Shown: in pieces, positions 62,746 to 64,000 of the stretch
Layout: each line of letters begins with the position of its first letter
How positions within the stretch are numbered: position 1 is the first letter of the stretch
Assembly: GCA_964199315.1 (NCBI GenBank)
Contig: OZ116705.1
Span: forward strand, 30,442,001-30,506,000
Direction: 5' to 3'
DNA length: 64,000 nt
From: Orbicella franksi
Lineage: Eukaryota
Position numbers and translations under genes: made by a program
Notes under the pieces: generated by a model
What the model was told of the DNA's origin: nothing
Database searches by the model: none
The model's input: the letters and a program-made list of their open reading frames with translations, nothing else

Positions 62746-64000
62746 TGCTTGAGTTAAACTCTTTAAACTAGTATGTACACAATTATTAAAGAAAAACGAA
62801 ACAAGCACAAACAGTTCTGGCCGTATTTAGTTCGAGTACATCTAGCATAACTGTAGTAAAACGATCCTATTCTACTGTGTATAATATTTCTTAGTAATCT
62901 AGACTAGTAGGAAGCAGTACCTTCAAGATTTACTTGGGTAAATATGTCGCACACTGTGTGTGCCTTATAAAACTTCACAATTTCATTTTCAATACACACT
63001 TGCGCCAATGAACATTAAATTTATCATACTGTGTAATCTAGCCTGTGATTGTTTAAGTAAAAAATATGGCACATTGACAGTGCATTACTGTGAAAATAAT
63101 AGCGGTATTTAAAACAGCTCACACTGTCGTTATTGTTTTTTTAGCCTTTAGTTCGTTTCCACAGGCTCAAGGCAATCACTATGAAAGTATTACTTTTTGG
63201 GATAAAAAAATTATTAACAAAATGTCTCCTTATTATATTTTCACAAACATTTGTAAAAATTCCTACGAAAGGCGTTAACCATGGAAGTATTAATTTTTGG
63301 AATAAAAAATCATTGATAAAGTGTGTCGTTATTATTTTTACATAAAATTTTAAAAACATTTCATTCTGTTTTTTTTGGCAAACTTGAATAGATCATCATT
63401 TCCAATATGATATTTCGTAAATCTCGAATGAACACGATTTTCAATATAAAAATCTTCGCCTTAATGTTTTGTTATTATCCGGCTCAGTGTCACTAGCATC
63501 TTGCTTCTTTTTGCTGGTTTCCATCCTAAAACAACACAGGAAAGGCAAAACAAGTCTATATGGAAAATAAAACAGAGAATACAGCACGCTTTTTCAAACA
63601 ACGATTCAGTCTACTAAGTCACTAAATCAATACCATTCTGTACAATGATTATCCATTAGTTTCAAATTGTCTGCAGTTTTAATACATTGCAGAACTTGTT
63701 TGCTCTCCTTGTGCTTAATTCACAGAACGACACTAAGCCAACATAAAATTTACTATATTGTTCATAATCCCTAATACTAAGAATAAATACATCTTGACAA
63801 CCAGATGTTGTTTTTTCAATTTCCATCCACCTTTTCAACGTATGCTATAAAGAAACAACAAACAAATGAAGAGCTTCAACGTTTTCTTCTTTCAAGAATT
63901 CGAAATCAGTGCCAAATAATTTTCCAATAATTTTGTCAAATTGATTCCTGTAAATTTTCGACCAAAAGAAAAAAGCAAGAAGGGTAAAGTTTTCTCCTAA

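Noticed and set aside
63090-63362. Signal-peptide-like + strand ORF and overlapping - strand ORF
   Set aside because: GTG start. The region is a two-copy ~100-bp AT-rich tandem duplication.

Overview
This is eukaryotic, intron-rich, AT-rich genomic DNA. The gene set and repeat families suggest a cnidarian, probably a stony coral (inference). Most ORF-track entries are exon fragments or repeat noise, so I assembled genes by hand from splice sites and reading-frame phase. Genes in order: 3' end of a TXNDC5/ERp46-like PDI (+); complete TTC39C (-, 16 exons, 609 aa) head-to-head with UQCRB (+, 117 aa); Rab32/38 (-, 226 aa) containing a U12-type AT-AC intron; an 18-exon, 1116-aa predicted secreted protein (-); a Ly6/three-finger exon (+); an LDAH copy with a premature stop (-); a PIM-like kinase with a duplicated NLS-bearing N-terminal exon cassette (+, 479 aa); and an unidentified decayed gene (-). 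The 1116-aa protein carries a signal peptide, six H-type-lectin-like repeats, a follistatin/Kazal module, a C-type lectin, three EGF repeats and a C-terminal TLDc domain. Mobile DNA includes tRNA-derived SINEs, two TTAA-flanked Kolobok-like elements, a Crypton recombinase fossil, an RTE fragment, many MITEs and a ~106-bp repeat. The strongest leads are the lectin-TLDc protein, the AT-AC intron and the PIM-like cassette duplication. Family assignments rest on motif recognition, not database searches.
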